A stretch of DNA of 64,000 nt from Syntrophales bacterium (GCA_963668175.1 OY764159.1:2848001-2912000); one strand, 5' to 3'; shown: positions 51,757 to 61,654, counted from the stretch's first letter. The notes: generated by a model not told the origin, from the letters alone. A program made the numbers and translations.

Positions 51757-52725
51757 TTAAAAATGAAGTCGCCCTTGCTTTTTAAACGAATCAGCTATTG
51801 GCCGAACTTCTAAATTCGCGAGTTGAGAAAATACATGCTTCTCACAAAAAAATTCAAATGAAGTTGATTCTGCGGATATCTGAAGGTATTTCCCCTCTCT
51901 GCGCTCAAGAAAGCCTGTAGCATGAGCAGAACATATTTCTTTGGATTGCCTGGTAACAAAAGTGTACATAGGGGGATCCGAGCACTTTATCCCATACAGC
52001 ACATTGATCCCTATTTCTCCGTACCCCGCGTCATTGCATCGTATCTTACAAGGCGTTCCATCCGGGTATTCTGCAAAAAGTACTACACCACCCTCAGGCG
52101 GAATTGTATCCGGATCAAGATTGAAAGCATTTGCTTCGATAAATCTATTCACAGCGAATGTTAATAAATTTTCGCAGGCACGAAGCCGAACTTTGCTTAC
52201 CCTGTTATATCTTGGTTTTTCCGGAGGCGGTCCGTTTGGATCACGAGTCTTTATGATGTAACCGTCGTCTCGATAGAGCGTTGTACCATCAGTTGCGACT
52301 ATCGAAGATCTTCCATATTGAGTTAGACAGTGTGTCAGTCTGTGTCCATCACCGAGCCCGTGAATATGCTGTTCCAGACAAAACGGGCATGGATCGGTCT
52401 TACTTTTGGGAGTCTGTCGATAAAGCACTAAGTAATTTTTATCACCATGCCTTTCATACTCAGCGTCGAAAATGCCTTTTGCGAGATTGCACAGCTCTTC
52501 ATTGAACGTGAACCACTCTCCCCGAATATTATATGGAGCAAATCTTCTCAGAAGAACGGTTTCAAGACGTTGGTGGCCAGGTATTTCTTTTCCTAGACGT
52601 TTAATTTCTTCGTAATTGAATGTCTGAGCTTGCTTCAATCTCCGCTCCACGTTAAAGGTAATGCCGATCTTTATCGGCCCCTTCTCTCCAATCTGTATAA
52701 AATATAAGAACTGTTCCCGACGCAT
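51757..52725 (-). CDS. GIY-YIG-like (T5orf172/Mug113-type) nuclease-domain protein, low GC
   Basis: LYFIQ...PIKIG.T...RRLKQ...RGEWF motif, followed by CPFC..H.HG..H...HC. Confidence 0.7.
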   Translation of the reverse strand: MRREQFLYFIQIGEKGPIKIGITFNVERRLKQAQTFNYEEIKRLGKEIPGHQRLETVLLRRFAPYNIRGEWFTFNEELCNLAKGIFDAEYERHGDKNYLVLYRQTPKSKTDPCPFCLEQHIHGLGDGHRLTHCLTQYGRSSIVATDGTTLYRDDGYIIKTRDPNGPPPEKPRYNRVSKVRLRACENLLTFAVNRFIEANAFNLDPDTIPPEGGVVLFAEYPDGTPCKIRCNDAGYGEIGINVLYGIKCSDPPMYTFVTRQSKEICSAHATGFLERREGKYLQISAESTSFEFFCEKHVFSQLANLEVRPIADSFKKQGRLHF

Positions 52726-52834
52726 ATTGGCCTTCCCTCGATCAACATCGTTTACGACAGAAAAGGGGCCGGTTGTCCCCTTTTTTGTTCGCGGACGCCC
52801 GAGACCATCCGGCCATGATCGTTGCGATATCGAC

Positions 52835-53197
52835 CTACGGCCCGACTTTCTGGAGGGTCCAGTTCCCAAGCACTTTGCCGATATGACCCCAGGTGCCGCT
52901 CATGGATTGTCCGTCCGCCGACAAGGTAAAGATGTGTTCGTTATCCCCTTTATCGTTGGAATTGGCATGATGGAGTGTATAGCGAACCTGATTGCCGGAG
53001 ACAGAACCCGTGCCGAACCATGTGACGATGTTGCTGCCGTTCCGGTAGGTGCACATGACCTTGATGGCATTTCCTTCCTGGAAAAAAATCATGGTCTGGT
53101 TGTTTCCGGAGAACTTCCAAAGACCGTTCACATCGGCGGCAAATGCGGACACAGTCCATAACATACACAATAAGCCGGTAAGAAATATTTTCTTCAT
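52835..53197 (-). CDS. Exported small beta-barrel-like hypothetical protein
   Basis: GGAGG RBS, signal peptide ending AFA, DVNGLW...MSGTW pattern. Confidence 0.7.
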   Translation of the reverse strand: MKKIFLTGLLCMLWTVSAFAADVNGLWKFSGNNQTMIFFQEGNAIKVMCTYRNGSNIVTWFGTGSVSGNQVRYTLHHANSNDKGDNEHIFTLSADGQSMSGTWGHIGKVLGNWTLQKVGP

Positions 53198-53238
53198 ATC
53201 GACCTCCATTAATTTTTTATGTAAAACCCATTCGGGTT

Positions 53239-53310
53239 TATTCCAAGGCAATTCCAATGGCAATTCCCGGCGTAATTCCGGGATAATTCCGGGGACACCA
53301 TACTTAATTC
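53239..53310. repeat. AATTCC-based short tandem repeats ending in TAATTCCGGGGACACCATACTTAATT
   Basis: (C/T)AATTCC at 53249, 53261, 53273 and 53284, period 11-12 nt. Confidence 0.6.
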
Positions 53311-53372
53311 TTTTCCCCTTTCGGTCATGTTTGATTCCGTGGACATCCATCCCCTTTTCAGGGGACGTGGTC

Positions 53373-53723
53373 TTATTTATTGCCCCGGTCAGGGGAGTTT
53401 GCGATAAGCGTCTTTCGCGGCGGGATTTTGTAGATGCCGGCGTCGAGATTGCCGCGGAAGTAGCCGGAGGCCTCCCGCGTCACGATGAAGTAATACCGCC
53501 ATTCTTCCGCATCTTCCCTCAATCGGTTGTAGGCCCGGATCATCCCGTTGATCTCCTCGCCGGGCAGGCTCCGGCGCATCGCATCCTCGATTCCTTCATG
53601 CATTGCATGAAGCTCCCGCAGACAGCTCGCAAGATGCTCCGAAATCCTCCGCAGGGCCGCGAACTTCTCCCTTGCGATCTCATTCTGCAGATTGTCGAAA
53701 GGCGAATTGGTTTGATTGAACAT
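53373..53723 (-). CDS. Hypothetical helical protein
   Basis: Coherent ORF with LQNEIAREK and WRYYFIVTREASG, preceded by a purine-rich RBS. Confidence 0.65.
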   Translation of the reverse strand: MFNQTNSPFDNLQNEIAREKFAALRRISEHLASCLRELHAMHEGIEDAMRRSLPGEEINGMIRAYNRLREDAEEWRYYFIVTREASGYFRGNLDAGIYKIPPRKTLIANSPDRGNK

Positions 53724-54164
53724 TCCCCATCCTTAAACATTTTCGCATCCGGAATATGTCCGATTCCATAATATCCCGGATTTATACATTTTATCTGCTA
53801 ATCGCCCTCGTTTTCGCGTTTCGCGGCGATCACAGGCAATGATACGTGATGACGGTCATAAATCTCATTAAATACGTATAATGTCCATATCAATTTATAT
53901 CGTTTTCATCCACTCCGGGCAGGTTCCGCCCGACAGAGGCGTCTTTCCCCCCTGCCCTTCCCCGTAATCTTCACCCCGTCGGCCGGGCCTATGCCTCCGT
54001 CATTGCCGTAAGGGAAATTCGAATACCCGAACGGGCATTTCCCCGATTGCGGAACGACCCGGCGATGCTTACCGTCTTTACAGGAAGTCGCCGGCAAGTC
54101 TGCCGGATCGTTGTCTTTCCGCAATCTCCCGGCGGCTCCGAATTCGATGAGGAGGTACGGGAAC

Positions 54165-54383
54165 ATGGCAAAAGTAAGAGTTAAAGTCGAAGATATGAAC
54201 TGCGAATCCTGCATCAGAATTGTCACGCATCAACTGGAGCTCATGAACGGCGTGAAGGATGTGGCCGTCGACCGGGACCACCGGGAGATCGTTGTCACCT
54301 ATGACAACCCCGAATTCTGCGTTGACGATTTTACATGCAGAATAGAGGACTTAGGCTACAACAGGGTCCAGATCGTACCGTAA
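54165..54383 (+). CDS. Heavy-metal-associated (CopZ-like) domain protein
   Basis: DMNCESC motif, GAGGAGG RBS. Confidence 0.85.
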   Translation: MAKVRVKVEDMNCESCIRIVTHQLELMNGVKDVAVDRDHREIVVTYDNPEFCVDDFTCRIEDLGYNRVQIVP

Positions 54384-54454
54384 CGTGCGGCAGGACCTGC
54401 GATAACGGAGCGGTCGCGAAATGAAGGCATGTGCCGCAGTCATGAAAAAAAGAC

Positions 54455-54487
54455 TTGACAAAAGACGCTGATAAGAATTATTCTTAT
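54455..54487 (+). promoter_or_regulatory. Promoter -35 (TTGACA) with adjacent Fur/PerR-type operator
   Basis: TTGACA at 54455-54460. Perfect 8-1-8 palindrome ATAAGAAT-T-ATTCTTAT at 54471-54487. Confidence 0.75.
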
Positions 54488-54542
54488 ATCGTAACGAGAT
54501 GACATCTTGTGCAGGCATCTCGAAATAACGCCGGGAAACGAA

Positions 54543-54995
54543 ATGGACGCACACAGCGACTGCAATATGCCGATAGAGGAAAGGCTCCGGGCCTTCGAGC
54601 AGATATGCCGGGAAGCAGGGCTGCGGCTCACCTACCAGCGGCAGGAAATTTACAGGGAGCTCGCCCTGCGGCCCGACCATCCCTCGGCCGAAACGCTCCA
54701 CCAGCGCCTGCGCGAGCGGATACCGACCATGTCCCTAGACACGGTCTACAGGACGCTTGCTACCTTCGCCGGGCACGGCCTCGTCAACAAGATCGAGACG
54801 GTGGAGAACCAGGCCCGGTTCGAGGCGGACATCGGCTGCCATCACCACATGATGTGCGTCAAATGCAAAGAGATCGTCGATTTTCAGTGGCCCGCCGTGG
54901 ACGAAGCGCCTCTCCCCGATGAGGCGAAAGCCTGGGGCCATATCATGGCAAAGAGCGTCGTCGTGTACGGCACATGCCGCAACTGCATGGAATAA
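54543..54995 (+). CDS. Fur-family regulator, probably PerR
   Basis: LRLTYQR, HPSAE, SLDTVYRTL, HHHMMCVKC and GTCRNC. Adjacent to rubrerythrin. Confidence 0.88.
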   Translation: MDAHSDCNMPIEERLRAFEQICREAGLRLTYQRQEIYRELALRPDHPSAETLHQRLRERIPTMSLDTVYRTLATFAGHGLVNKIETVENQARFEADIGCHHHMMCVKCKEIVDFQWPAVDEAPLPDEAKAWGHIMAKSVVVYGTCRNCME

Positions 54996-55037
54996 AAATG
55001 CATCGTCGCATCATGACGATTTTTTTATTCCGTAATA

Positions 55038-55054
55038 ATAAGAATTATTCTTAT
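55038..55054. promoter_or_regulatory. Second identical Fur/PerR-type operator, upstream of rubrerythrin
   Basis: ATAAGAATTATTCTTAT is identical to 54471-54487. Confidence 0.8.
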
Positions 55055-55208
55055 ATGATAACGATACCTGTTTATCCGGTTCCCATTTTCATCCGGCCCC
55101 GGTAAACCACGAAAACGGCCTCGTCCTGCCGTCGTACTTAAGGAATTAAAGAACGGAATAAATATTAAAGTTAAACATTAAACAATACCATGAAAGGAGT
55201 TATGCACT

Positions 55209-55706
55209 ATGTCGAAATCGGAAAATTGTCTTAAGGAAGCGTTCGCGGGGGAATCCCAGGCCAACCGTAAATACCTGGCCTTTGCCGTGAAGGCCGATCA
55301 GGAAGGGTTCCCGCAGGCGGCCCGTCTCTTCCGGGCGGCGGCCGAGGCGGAAACCATCCATGCCCACAACCATCTCCGCGCCCTGAAGGGCATCAAAGAC
55401 ACGAAGGAGAACCTCATGGAGGCGGTCGCCGGCGAAACCCATGAATTCAAGAAGATGTACCCGGAGATGATCGAAGCCGCCAAGGCCGAGGGCAACAAGG
55501 CGGCGGAGCGGAGTTTCACCTACGCCAACGAAGTCGAGAAGATCCATGCGGCGCTTTATCAGAAGCTCCTGGACGGCCTCGGGGGAAAACAGGCGGAATA
55601 TTCATACTATATATGCCCTGTCTGCGGCTACACGGCCGAGAAGGAAGCCCCGGGCAAATGTCCCGTGTGCGGAGCCGGGGCCGACCATTTCTATGAAGTG
55701 AAGTAA
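55209..55706 (+). CDS. rbr: Rubrerythrin
   Basis: AFAGESQANRKY, AETIHA, VEKIHA and CPVCG...CPVCG. Confidence 0.93.
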   Translation: MSKSENCLKEAFAGESQANRKYLAFAVKADQEGFPQAARLFRAAAEAETIHAHNHLRALKGIKDTKENLMEAVAGETHEFKKMYPEMIEAAKAEGNKAAERSFTYANEVEKIHAALYQKLLDGLGGKQAEYSYYICPVCGYTAEKEAPGKCPVCGAGADHFYEVK

Positions 55707-55941
55707 TCCCGTCCGCCGAAGGGTCCACCCGGCGGCTCATTTTGATAACATTAATCGTTACAGGAAGATGAAGACCGTCCGGCATCCCGTTTCGAGACGG
55801 TCTTTTTCTTTCCGATAGTTCCGTTTCATGGTTCGACAGTGGCTCCCGTCGCTTTATCCAGCGCGTAATTTCTATTAAAAAAAACATAACAAACCGATAT
55901 GATTAGATAATAAATTTTTTCATAAATAATGGAAAAAAATT

Positions 55942-55968
55942 TAAGTTTTTTTATAAATATGCCGATAG
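55942..55968 (+). promoter_or_regulatory. Sigma-28 (FliA)-type promoter
   Basis: TAAG-N15-GCCGATAG compared with consensus TAAA-N15-GCCGATAA. Confidence 0.65.
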
Positions 55969-56022
55969 CCCTTATAGGATTGGTGTATAAAGAAGTCGTT
56001 TATCGATCTTCGGGCAGGTTTT

Positions 56023-56439
56023 ATGGGTATCTCGATAACAACAGGCGTCGCTCCAGCCGCATACGCAAATACCGGAGCAACTACGACTGCTCCCGCACAG
56101 ACGACTGCGGCCCAGACGCCGGCGCCGGCACCCGCGGCCACGTCGCAACCCGCGAAAGCAGTTCAGGCGCCTACCGTTCAGACCGCCGTGCAGAGCCAGG
56201 CGGCCGAAAGCGCCCAGGCCAGGGAAGAGGCCAAGAAACCGGGCGGCTCGACCGTCAAGCACAAGGATGCGGTTACGATAACCTATGACAGCCAGGCCGG
56301 AGTAAACGTCTTCAAATCATACGACAGCAAAGGCAACGTCGTTGTCCAGGTCCCGCCTTCGCAGCTTCTTAAAACCATGCAGCTCGAAGGAAAGAGCAGT
56401 GAAGAAATTACGGGGAAGTTGATCAATACGAAGGCATAA
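56023..56439 (+). CDS. FlaG-like flagellar-regulon protein
   Basis: Ala/Thr/Gln-rich N-terminus and C-terminal DSKGNVVVQVPPSQLLK...GKLINTKA, as in FlaG. Confidence 0.65.
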   Translation: MGISITTGVAPAAYANTGATTTAPAQTTAAQTPAPAPAATSQPAKAVQAPTVQTAVQSQAAESAQAREEAKKPGGSTVKHKDAVTITYDSQAGVNVFKSYDSKGNVVVQVPPSQLLKTMQLEGKSSEEITGKLINTKA

Positions 56440-56485
56440 TAAACAAGTTTGTTCGAACTTGTGATTACTTTGAAAGGAGCGGAGT

Positions 56486-56692
56486 ATGAAAGTAGACAGT
56501 ATCGGTGGCGGTTCACAAAACAAAATGGCTGTCGAAGCCCTGAAGACGCAGCAGAATCAGGTGCAGCAGAACCAGCAGCAGACCGGAAAGGAAGCCCAGA
56601 AGACGGTCCAGTTTAAAACGTCTCAGGACAAGGTCACCATTTCTCCGGAAGCGGCCAAGGCCGCCAGCGAAGCGCAAAAAGGCGGACAGTAA
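56486..56692 (+). CDS. Small Gln-rich hypothetical protein
   Basis: AAGGAG RBS, MKVDSIGG start, DKVTISPEA motif. Confidence 0.65.
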   Translation: MKVDSIGGGSQNKMAVEALKTQQNQVQQNQQQTGKEAQKTVQFKTSQDKVTISPEAAKAASEAQKGGQ

Positions 56693-56946
56693 CATTCAGT
56701 AAGTACTTTCGTGTCGTTGACGGTCTGCATGCCGCAGCTGCGCACAGGCAGCGGTTCATGAACGTCTACGATCGCTCGTTTTTCATGGCCTTCTTATTCT
56801 GCGCTGTCGTAAGCCGTACCATAGTATAAATGGTTGCGTTTTATCGCGTTGCCTTCTATAATAGAATACCCCAGCCGAAGGACCTCGGACGGGGTATTTT
56901 GCATTGCGTATTTCGTCGTTATTCTTGTCAATCCGGGGTGTTCCGT

Positions 56947-58332
56947 ATGTTTCGATATACGAATAGCGTCTTATCGCGTCATAGCTTGATTCAACTTGCC
57001 TTATGCCTTTCCCTCGCGTGCGCCCTGAGCCTCGGTTGGCCTTCGGCGGCCGGCGCCGAACGGCGGATAGCCCTCGTCATCGGGAACAGCAGCTACGAAA
57101 CGGGACCCCTCAAAAACCCCGTCAACGACGCCACGGACATGGCGGCCGCGCTCCAAAAGCTCGGATTTACGGTCATACTCAAGAAGAACGCCAATCTCCA
57201 GACGATGGAGGAAGCCCTGGAGGATTTCGGCAACCGTCTCAAAAGGGGCGGCGTGGGTCTCTTCTATTATGCAGGCCACGGCATCCAGATGAACGGCGCC
57301 AACTACCTGATCCCCGTCGGTACGAAGATCAACAAGGAATCGGACATCCGCTACAAGGGCCTGGACGCCGGGCGGATCCTTGACGAGATGGCGAATGCGA
57401 ACAACGGCCTGAACATCGTCATGCTCGACGCCTGCCGCGACAATCCCTTTGCCCGGAGCTTCCGCAGTGCGGCGCGGGGCCTGGCCATCGTGAGCAGTGC
57501 GCCCACGGGCACGTTCATCTCCTATTCGACGAGTCCCGGCCAGGTGGCGCGCGACGGCGACGGCCGGAACAGCCCCTACACAAAGGCCCTCATCCGTTAC
57601 ATGAAGGAACCGGGACTCACTATCGGCGACGTTTTCATCAAGGTCCGCCAGGAGTTGCGCAAAGATACGGGCCAGACCCCCTGGGAGTTGTCCTCCCTGG
57701 AAGGCAATTTCTACTTCGTTCCCACAAAGGGCGGAAAACCGGCGCCTACCGTGCAGGAAGAACCAACCGCCCGAACGGACGACTTCGATGCCGAACAGCG
57801 CAAGATCGACGCCGAGACGGAAAGGCTTCGCAGGGAGCGGGAACTCGTTGAGAAGAAGCGCGCCCTGGAGGAAGAGAAGAAGCGCCTCGACGACGCCCGG
57901 AAGAAACTCGCTTATGTGCCGGCGCCCGACCCGGCCAGGGATGCAGGCTATGTCCGCATCATTAACGGCAAAGCCACGACAGTTCAATTTTTCGAAAGCG
58001 GCTACAATCATCCCGACAAGAAGGATCGCGTCTACCGGGGCAGCTTTTCGAGAACGCAGACACGCTACGTCAACTGGGAAGTCGCCTTCGAATACCCTGC
58101 CCCGGGCCGCCGGATCGACTTCAAGATCGAATCCATCTGGTACGCCAACGGCGCCGAAATATGGCGAGGCATGTGCGACGCTTACGTCCAGGCCGACTGG
58201 ACCACCTCCTTTTCGGCCCAGGGCTACGGATGGGCGAATGCGGGCTCGAACACCTGGGCGTCCGGCACTTACCGCGTGGACCTCTATGTCGAAGGAACCA
58301 AAATCGCCAGCGGCAACTATACCGTCTATTAA
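56947..58332 (+). CDS. Exported caspase-family (peptidase C14) protein, copy 1
   Basis: Signal peptide, RIALVIGNSSY, LKNPVNDA, YAGHG, LDACRDNP, coiled coil and C-terminal beta domain. Confidence 0.9.
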   Translation: MFRYTNSVLSRHSLIQLALCLSLACALSLGWPSAAGAERRIALVIGNSSYETGPLKNPVNDATDMAAALQKLGFTVILKKNANLQTMEEALEDFGNRLKRGGVGLFYYAGHGIQMNGANYLIPVGTKINKESDIRYKGLDAGRILDEMANANNGLNIVMLDACRDNPFARSFRSAARGLAIVSSAPTGTFISYSTSPGQVARDGDGRNSPYTKALIRYMKEPGLTIGDVFIKVRQELRKDTGQTPWELSSLEGNFYFVPTKGGKPAPTVQEEPTARTDDFDAEQRKIDAETERLRRERELVEKKRALEEEKKRLDDARKKLAYVPAPDPARDAGYVRIINGKATTVQFFESGYNHPDKKDRVYRGSFSRTQTRYVNWEVAFEYPAPGRRIDFKIESIWYANGAEIWRGMCDAYVQADWTTSFSAQGYGWANAGSNTWASGTYRVDLYVEGTKIASGNYTVY

Positions 58333-58585
58333 CCCCATTTGTCCCAGCCCTTTGAACAATTCTCCACGGACGCATAACCTCTGACGCGTCATCCTGGGCT
58401 TCGCTTCTCCGGCCGGACCGTCGTATCGTATCCCCCCGCTTTTCCGCAGCACCGCTGCTTCCGATGAAGATGACTCTGAAAAAGTGTTGCATTGTGTCGC
58501 ATTACCTTGTAATATCATGACGTTCTTTACGCGTATTCTATTTGGGGGTTTTCGTATTTAACATTGTTATTCCAGGATGTTTCGT

Positions 58586-59974
58586 ATGTTTCATTATCCG
58601 AATAGCCTTATGTCATGTCGCAGCCTGATACAACTGGCTTTATGCCTTTCCCTTGCATGCGCCCTGGGCCTCGGTTGGCCTTCGGCGTCCGGCGCCGCCG
58701 AACAGCGTCTGGCCCTCGTCATCGGGAACAGCAGCTACGAAACGGGCCCCCTCAAGAACCCCGTCAACGACGCCACGGACATGGCGGCCGCGCTCCAGAA
58801 GCTCGGATTCACGGTCATACTCAAGAAGAACGCCAATCTCCAGACGATGGAGGAAGCCCTGGAGGATTTCGGCAACCGTCTCAAAAGGGGCGGCGTGGGT
58901 CTTTTCTATTATGCAGGCCACGGCATCCAGATGAACGGCGCCAACTACCTGATCCCCGTCGGTACGAAGATCAACAAGGAATCGGACATCCGCTACAAGG
59001 GCCTGGACGCCGGGCGGATCCTTGACGAGATGGCGAATGCGAACAACGGCCTGAACATCGTCATGCTCGACGCCTGCCGCGACAATCCCTTTGCCCGGAG
59101 CTTCCGCAGTGCGGCGCGGGGCCTGGCCATCGTGAGCAGTGCGCCCACGGGCACGTTCATCTCCTATTCGACGAGTCCCGGGCAGGTGGCGCGCGACGGC
59201 GACGGCCGGAACAGCCCCTACACGAAGGCCCTCATCCGCCATATCAAGGAGCCGGGGGTCACGATCAACGACGTCTTCATCAAGGTCCGCCAGGAATTGC
59301 GCAAGGAGACCGGCCAGGTTCCCTGGGAGTTGTCTTCCCTGGAAGGCACCTTCTACTTCGTTCCCGCAAAGGGCGGAAGACCGGCGCCGGCCGTGCAGGA
59401 AGAGCCGGACGGACGGGCGGAAGAACTCGATGCCGAACAGCGCAAGATCGACGCCGAGACGGAGAGGCTCCGCAAGGAGCGGGAACTGGTGGAGAAGAAG
59501 CGCGCCCTGGAGGAAGAGAAGAAGCGCCTCGACGACGCCCGGAAGAGGCTCGCCTACGTACCGCCCCCCGACCCGTCCAGGGACATGGGTTATGTCCGCG
59601 TCATTAACGCCAATGTGACATCGGTCAAATTTTTCGAAAGCGGCTACAACCATCCCGACAGGAAGGATCGCATCTACCGGAGCAGCTTTTCGAGAACGCA
59701 GTCCCGCTATATCAACTGGGAAGTCAACTTCGAGCACACCGCTCCCGGCCGCCGGATCGACTATAAGATCGAATCCATCTGGTACGCCAACGGCGCCGAA
59801 ATATGGCGCGCCCAATGCGACAGCTATGCACAAGCCGACTGGGTCAACTCGTATTGGGCCCAGGGCTACGGCTGGGCCAATGCCGGCCCGAACACCTGGG
59901 CGTCCGGCAATTACCGCGTGGACCTCTATGTCGAGGGCACCAAGATCGCCAGCGGCAACTTCAGCGTCTATTAA
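58586..59974 (+). CDS. Exported caspase-family (peptidase C14) protein, copy 2
   Basis: Tandem paralog with the same motifs. Alternative start at 58577. Confidence 0.9.
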   Translation: MFHYPNSLMSCRSLIQLALCLSLACALGLGWPSASGAAEQRLALVIGNSSYETGPLKNPVNDATDMAAALQKLGFTVILKKNANLQTMEEALEDFGNRLKRGGVGLFYYAGHGIQMNGANYLIPVGTKINKESDIRYKGLDAGRILDEMANANNGLNIVMLDACRDNPFARSFRSAARGLAIVSSAPTGTFISYSTSPGQVARDGDGRNSPYTKALIRHIKEPGVTINDVFIKVRQELRKETGQVPWELSSLEGTFYFVPAKGGRPAPAVQEEPDGRAEELDAEQRKIDAETERLRKERELVEKKRALEEEKKRLDDARKRLAYVPPPDPSRDMGYVRVINANVTSVKFFESGYNHPDRKDRIYRSSFSRTQSRYINWEVNFEHTAPGRRIDYKIESIWYANGAEIWRAQCDSYAQADWVNSYWAQGYGWANAGPNTWASGNYRVDLYVEGTKIASGNFSVY

Positions 59975-60133
59975 CCGCGTTTAAAGACTGCCTTCTTCTT
60001 TTCTTTTCACGCTTCCCCTGCGCTCTTGCCTTATCCCTATCCCTGCGCACGCCGGGACGCCGCTCGGGCGTTATCCTGCCTTCCATCCAGTCAATGTTTC
60101 TCATTTTACAGGGATGCTTCGCCGGCGCACCGG

Positions 60134-61138
60134 TCAATGGATGTGCATATCGGCGGTGTCCGGTTCAAACGGAACGACCAGCCCGGCAACGAGGGGGAAG
60201 TGGTCGGAGGGAAAACTCTTTTGCCTTCTCCGCATGACGATTTCGGCGTCCCTGACGCGGATGGAGGCCGGAGCGAAAATATAGTCGATCCGGTAACGGA
60301 CAAGATAGCGGTTGAAGCCGTGGAAAGTGGCCATGCCCCGCCGCCGGTCCGGATGACGGACCCGAAGCGAGTCGATCATCGGCTCGGGATTCCCTACCTT
60401 CCCCAGGCCTCCGATCCGGATGGGGGATTCCCCTTTCAGATACTGCATGGGCCGGCTCTTCTCCCGGGCGTTGAAGTCGCCCGTCACGACGAAGGGGTCC
60501 GGGAAGCGCCGCGCATGAATGTGCTGCGTCAGCAGATGGACGCTCTTTTTCCGCGAACGCTGGGACAGGTGGTCGAGATGAACGTTGTACACGTAAATCC
60601 CCTTTCCCGATCTCTTTTCGATCAGACGCACCCACGTGCAGTTCCGCGGCAGGATGTTGCCCCACCCCCTGGAACCCGGGACGTCGGGCGTATCGGAAAA
60701 CCAGAACGTGCCGGAGGCGGACAGGACGAACCGCAGTGCGTCGTAAAAAACGGTGTTGTGGAGCCCCCTGCCGCTGCTGTTCGTGCCTGACCCTACGTGC
60801 CGGTATCCGGGAAGCATTGCGGAGATTTCCGCAATCTGAAAATCCATGGCCTCCTGGAGCCCCAGAACGTCCGGACGGTATTCGTTCAGGACATCGTCCA
60901 CGAGCATGCGTCGGTATACCCAGTGATGTTTTCCGTCTTTCGCCGTTCCCCGCCTGATATTGAAGCTCATGATCCTGATATCCCATCCCTCGACCGCCTC
61001 GTCCGCGGCGCGGAAGTCCCTCGTCGGCTCAACGCGTTTTCGCCTGGCGAATTGCAGCGGCGGGACGGTCGGCCAGTCCATCGGGACAATCATTTTCCGG
61101 GAAAAGAGTCGTTTTCTGATGGATATCCTGCTTTTCAT
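60134..61138 (-). CDS. Endonuclease/exonuclease/phosphatase family protein
   Basis: MSFNIR, GLQEA, NVHLDH, GDFN, RIDYIF and PSDHFP motifs. Start uncertain. Confidence 0.9.
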   Translation of the reverse strand: MKSRISIRKRLFSRKMIVPMDWPTVPPLQFARRKRVEPTRDFRAADEAVEGWDIRIMSFNIRRGTAKDGKHHWVYRRMLVDDVLNEYRPDVLGLQEAMDFQIAEISAMLPGYRHVGSGTNSSGRGLHNTVFYDALRFVLSASGTFWFSDTPDVPGSRGWGNILPRNCTWVRLIEKRSGKGIYVYNVHLDHLSQRSRKKSVHLLTQHIHARRFPDPFVVTGDFNAREKSRPMQYLKGESPIRIGGLGKVGNPEPMIDSLRVRHPDRRRGMATFHGFNRYLVRYRIDYIFAPASIRVRDAEIVMRRRQKSFPSDHFPLVAGLVVPFEPDTADMHIH

Positions 61139-61360
61139 AGTAACATTATAACGACGATCGGCGAAATGGCAAGGCCATAGGGGGCCGCCGGGAGGCGGGA
61201 CGCTTTTGAACCTTCCCGGTGAAATCACCGAGTGAAAGGCGCTTTGACGGATGGATCGGGGGCGATTTGATGCAGGACGGATGAAGACCAGGGGAACCGG
61301 CTGAGGCCGTCCGGGCCGCTAAAGGGATGAACGGCCGTTGGGAAGAAGCTGTTTTGCGAT

Positions 61361-61654
61361 TCAGCGGCCGCCGGAGCGAAGCAAAACACCCATCTCTGCA
61401 GGGAGTTTTCGCCTCGCGGGAGGCGCCTTGCGCATGCCTTCCCTGAACCATTTCTCCCATTTTCTCGCTGCAACGGCGTCGAAGGATTCCGCCGGGATCA
61501 GGTTGATTGTCTCCCCCTCGTATGTAACGATCCGGCACAGGAACACGGGACAGGACTTACACGTGTCTCCCATGACGAAACTCTTGTACTCGTCCAAGAA
61601 CGGGCAATTGTCCGGGCAGCGGTCCGGTATACGAAACTGTTTGGCTATGATCAT
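61361..61654 (-). CDS. Small cysteine-rich hypothetical protein
   Basis: AGGGG RBS. CPDNCPF...CKSCPVFLC. Confidence 0.55.
   Translation of the reverse strand: MIIAKQFRIPDRCPDNCPFLDEYKSFVMGDTCKSCPVFLCRIVTYEGETINLIPAESFDAVAARKWEKWFREGMRKAPPARRKLPAEMGVLLRSGGR

Noticed and set aside
53239..53310. AATTCC repeats as a CRISPR array or as coding sequence (N-terminal extension of ORF 52835-53350)
   Set aside because: The units are too short and have no spacers. The real gene starts at 53197 with an RBS and signal peptide.
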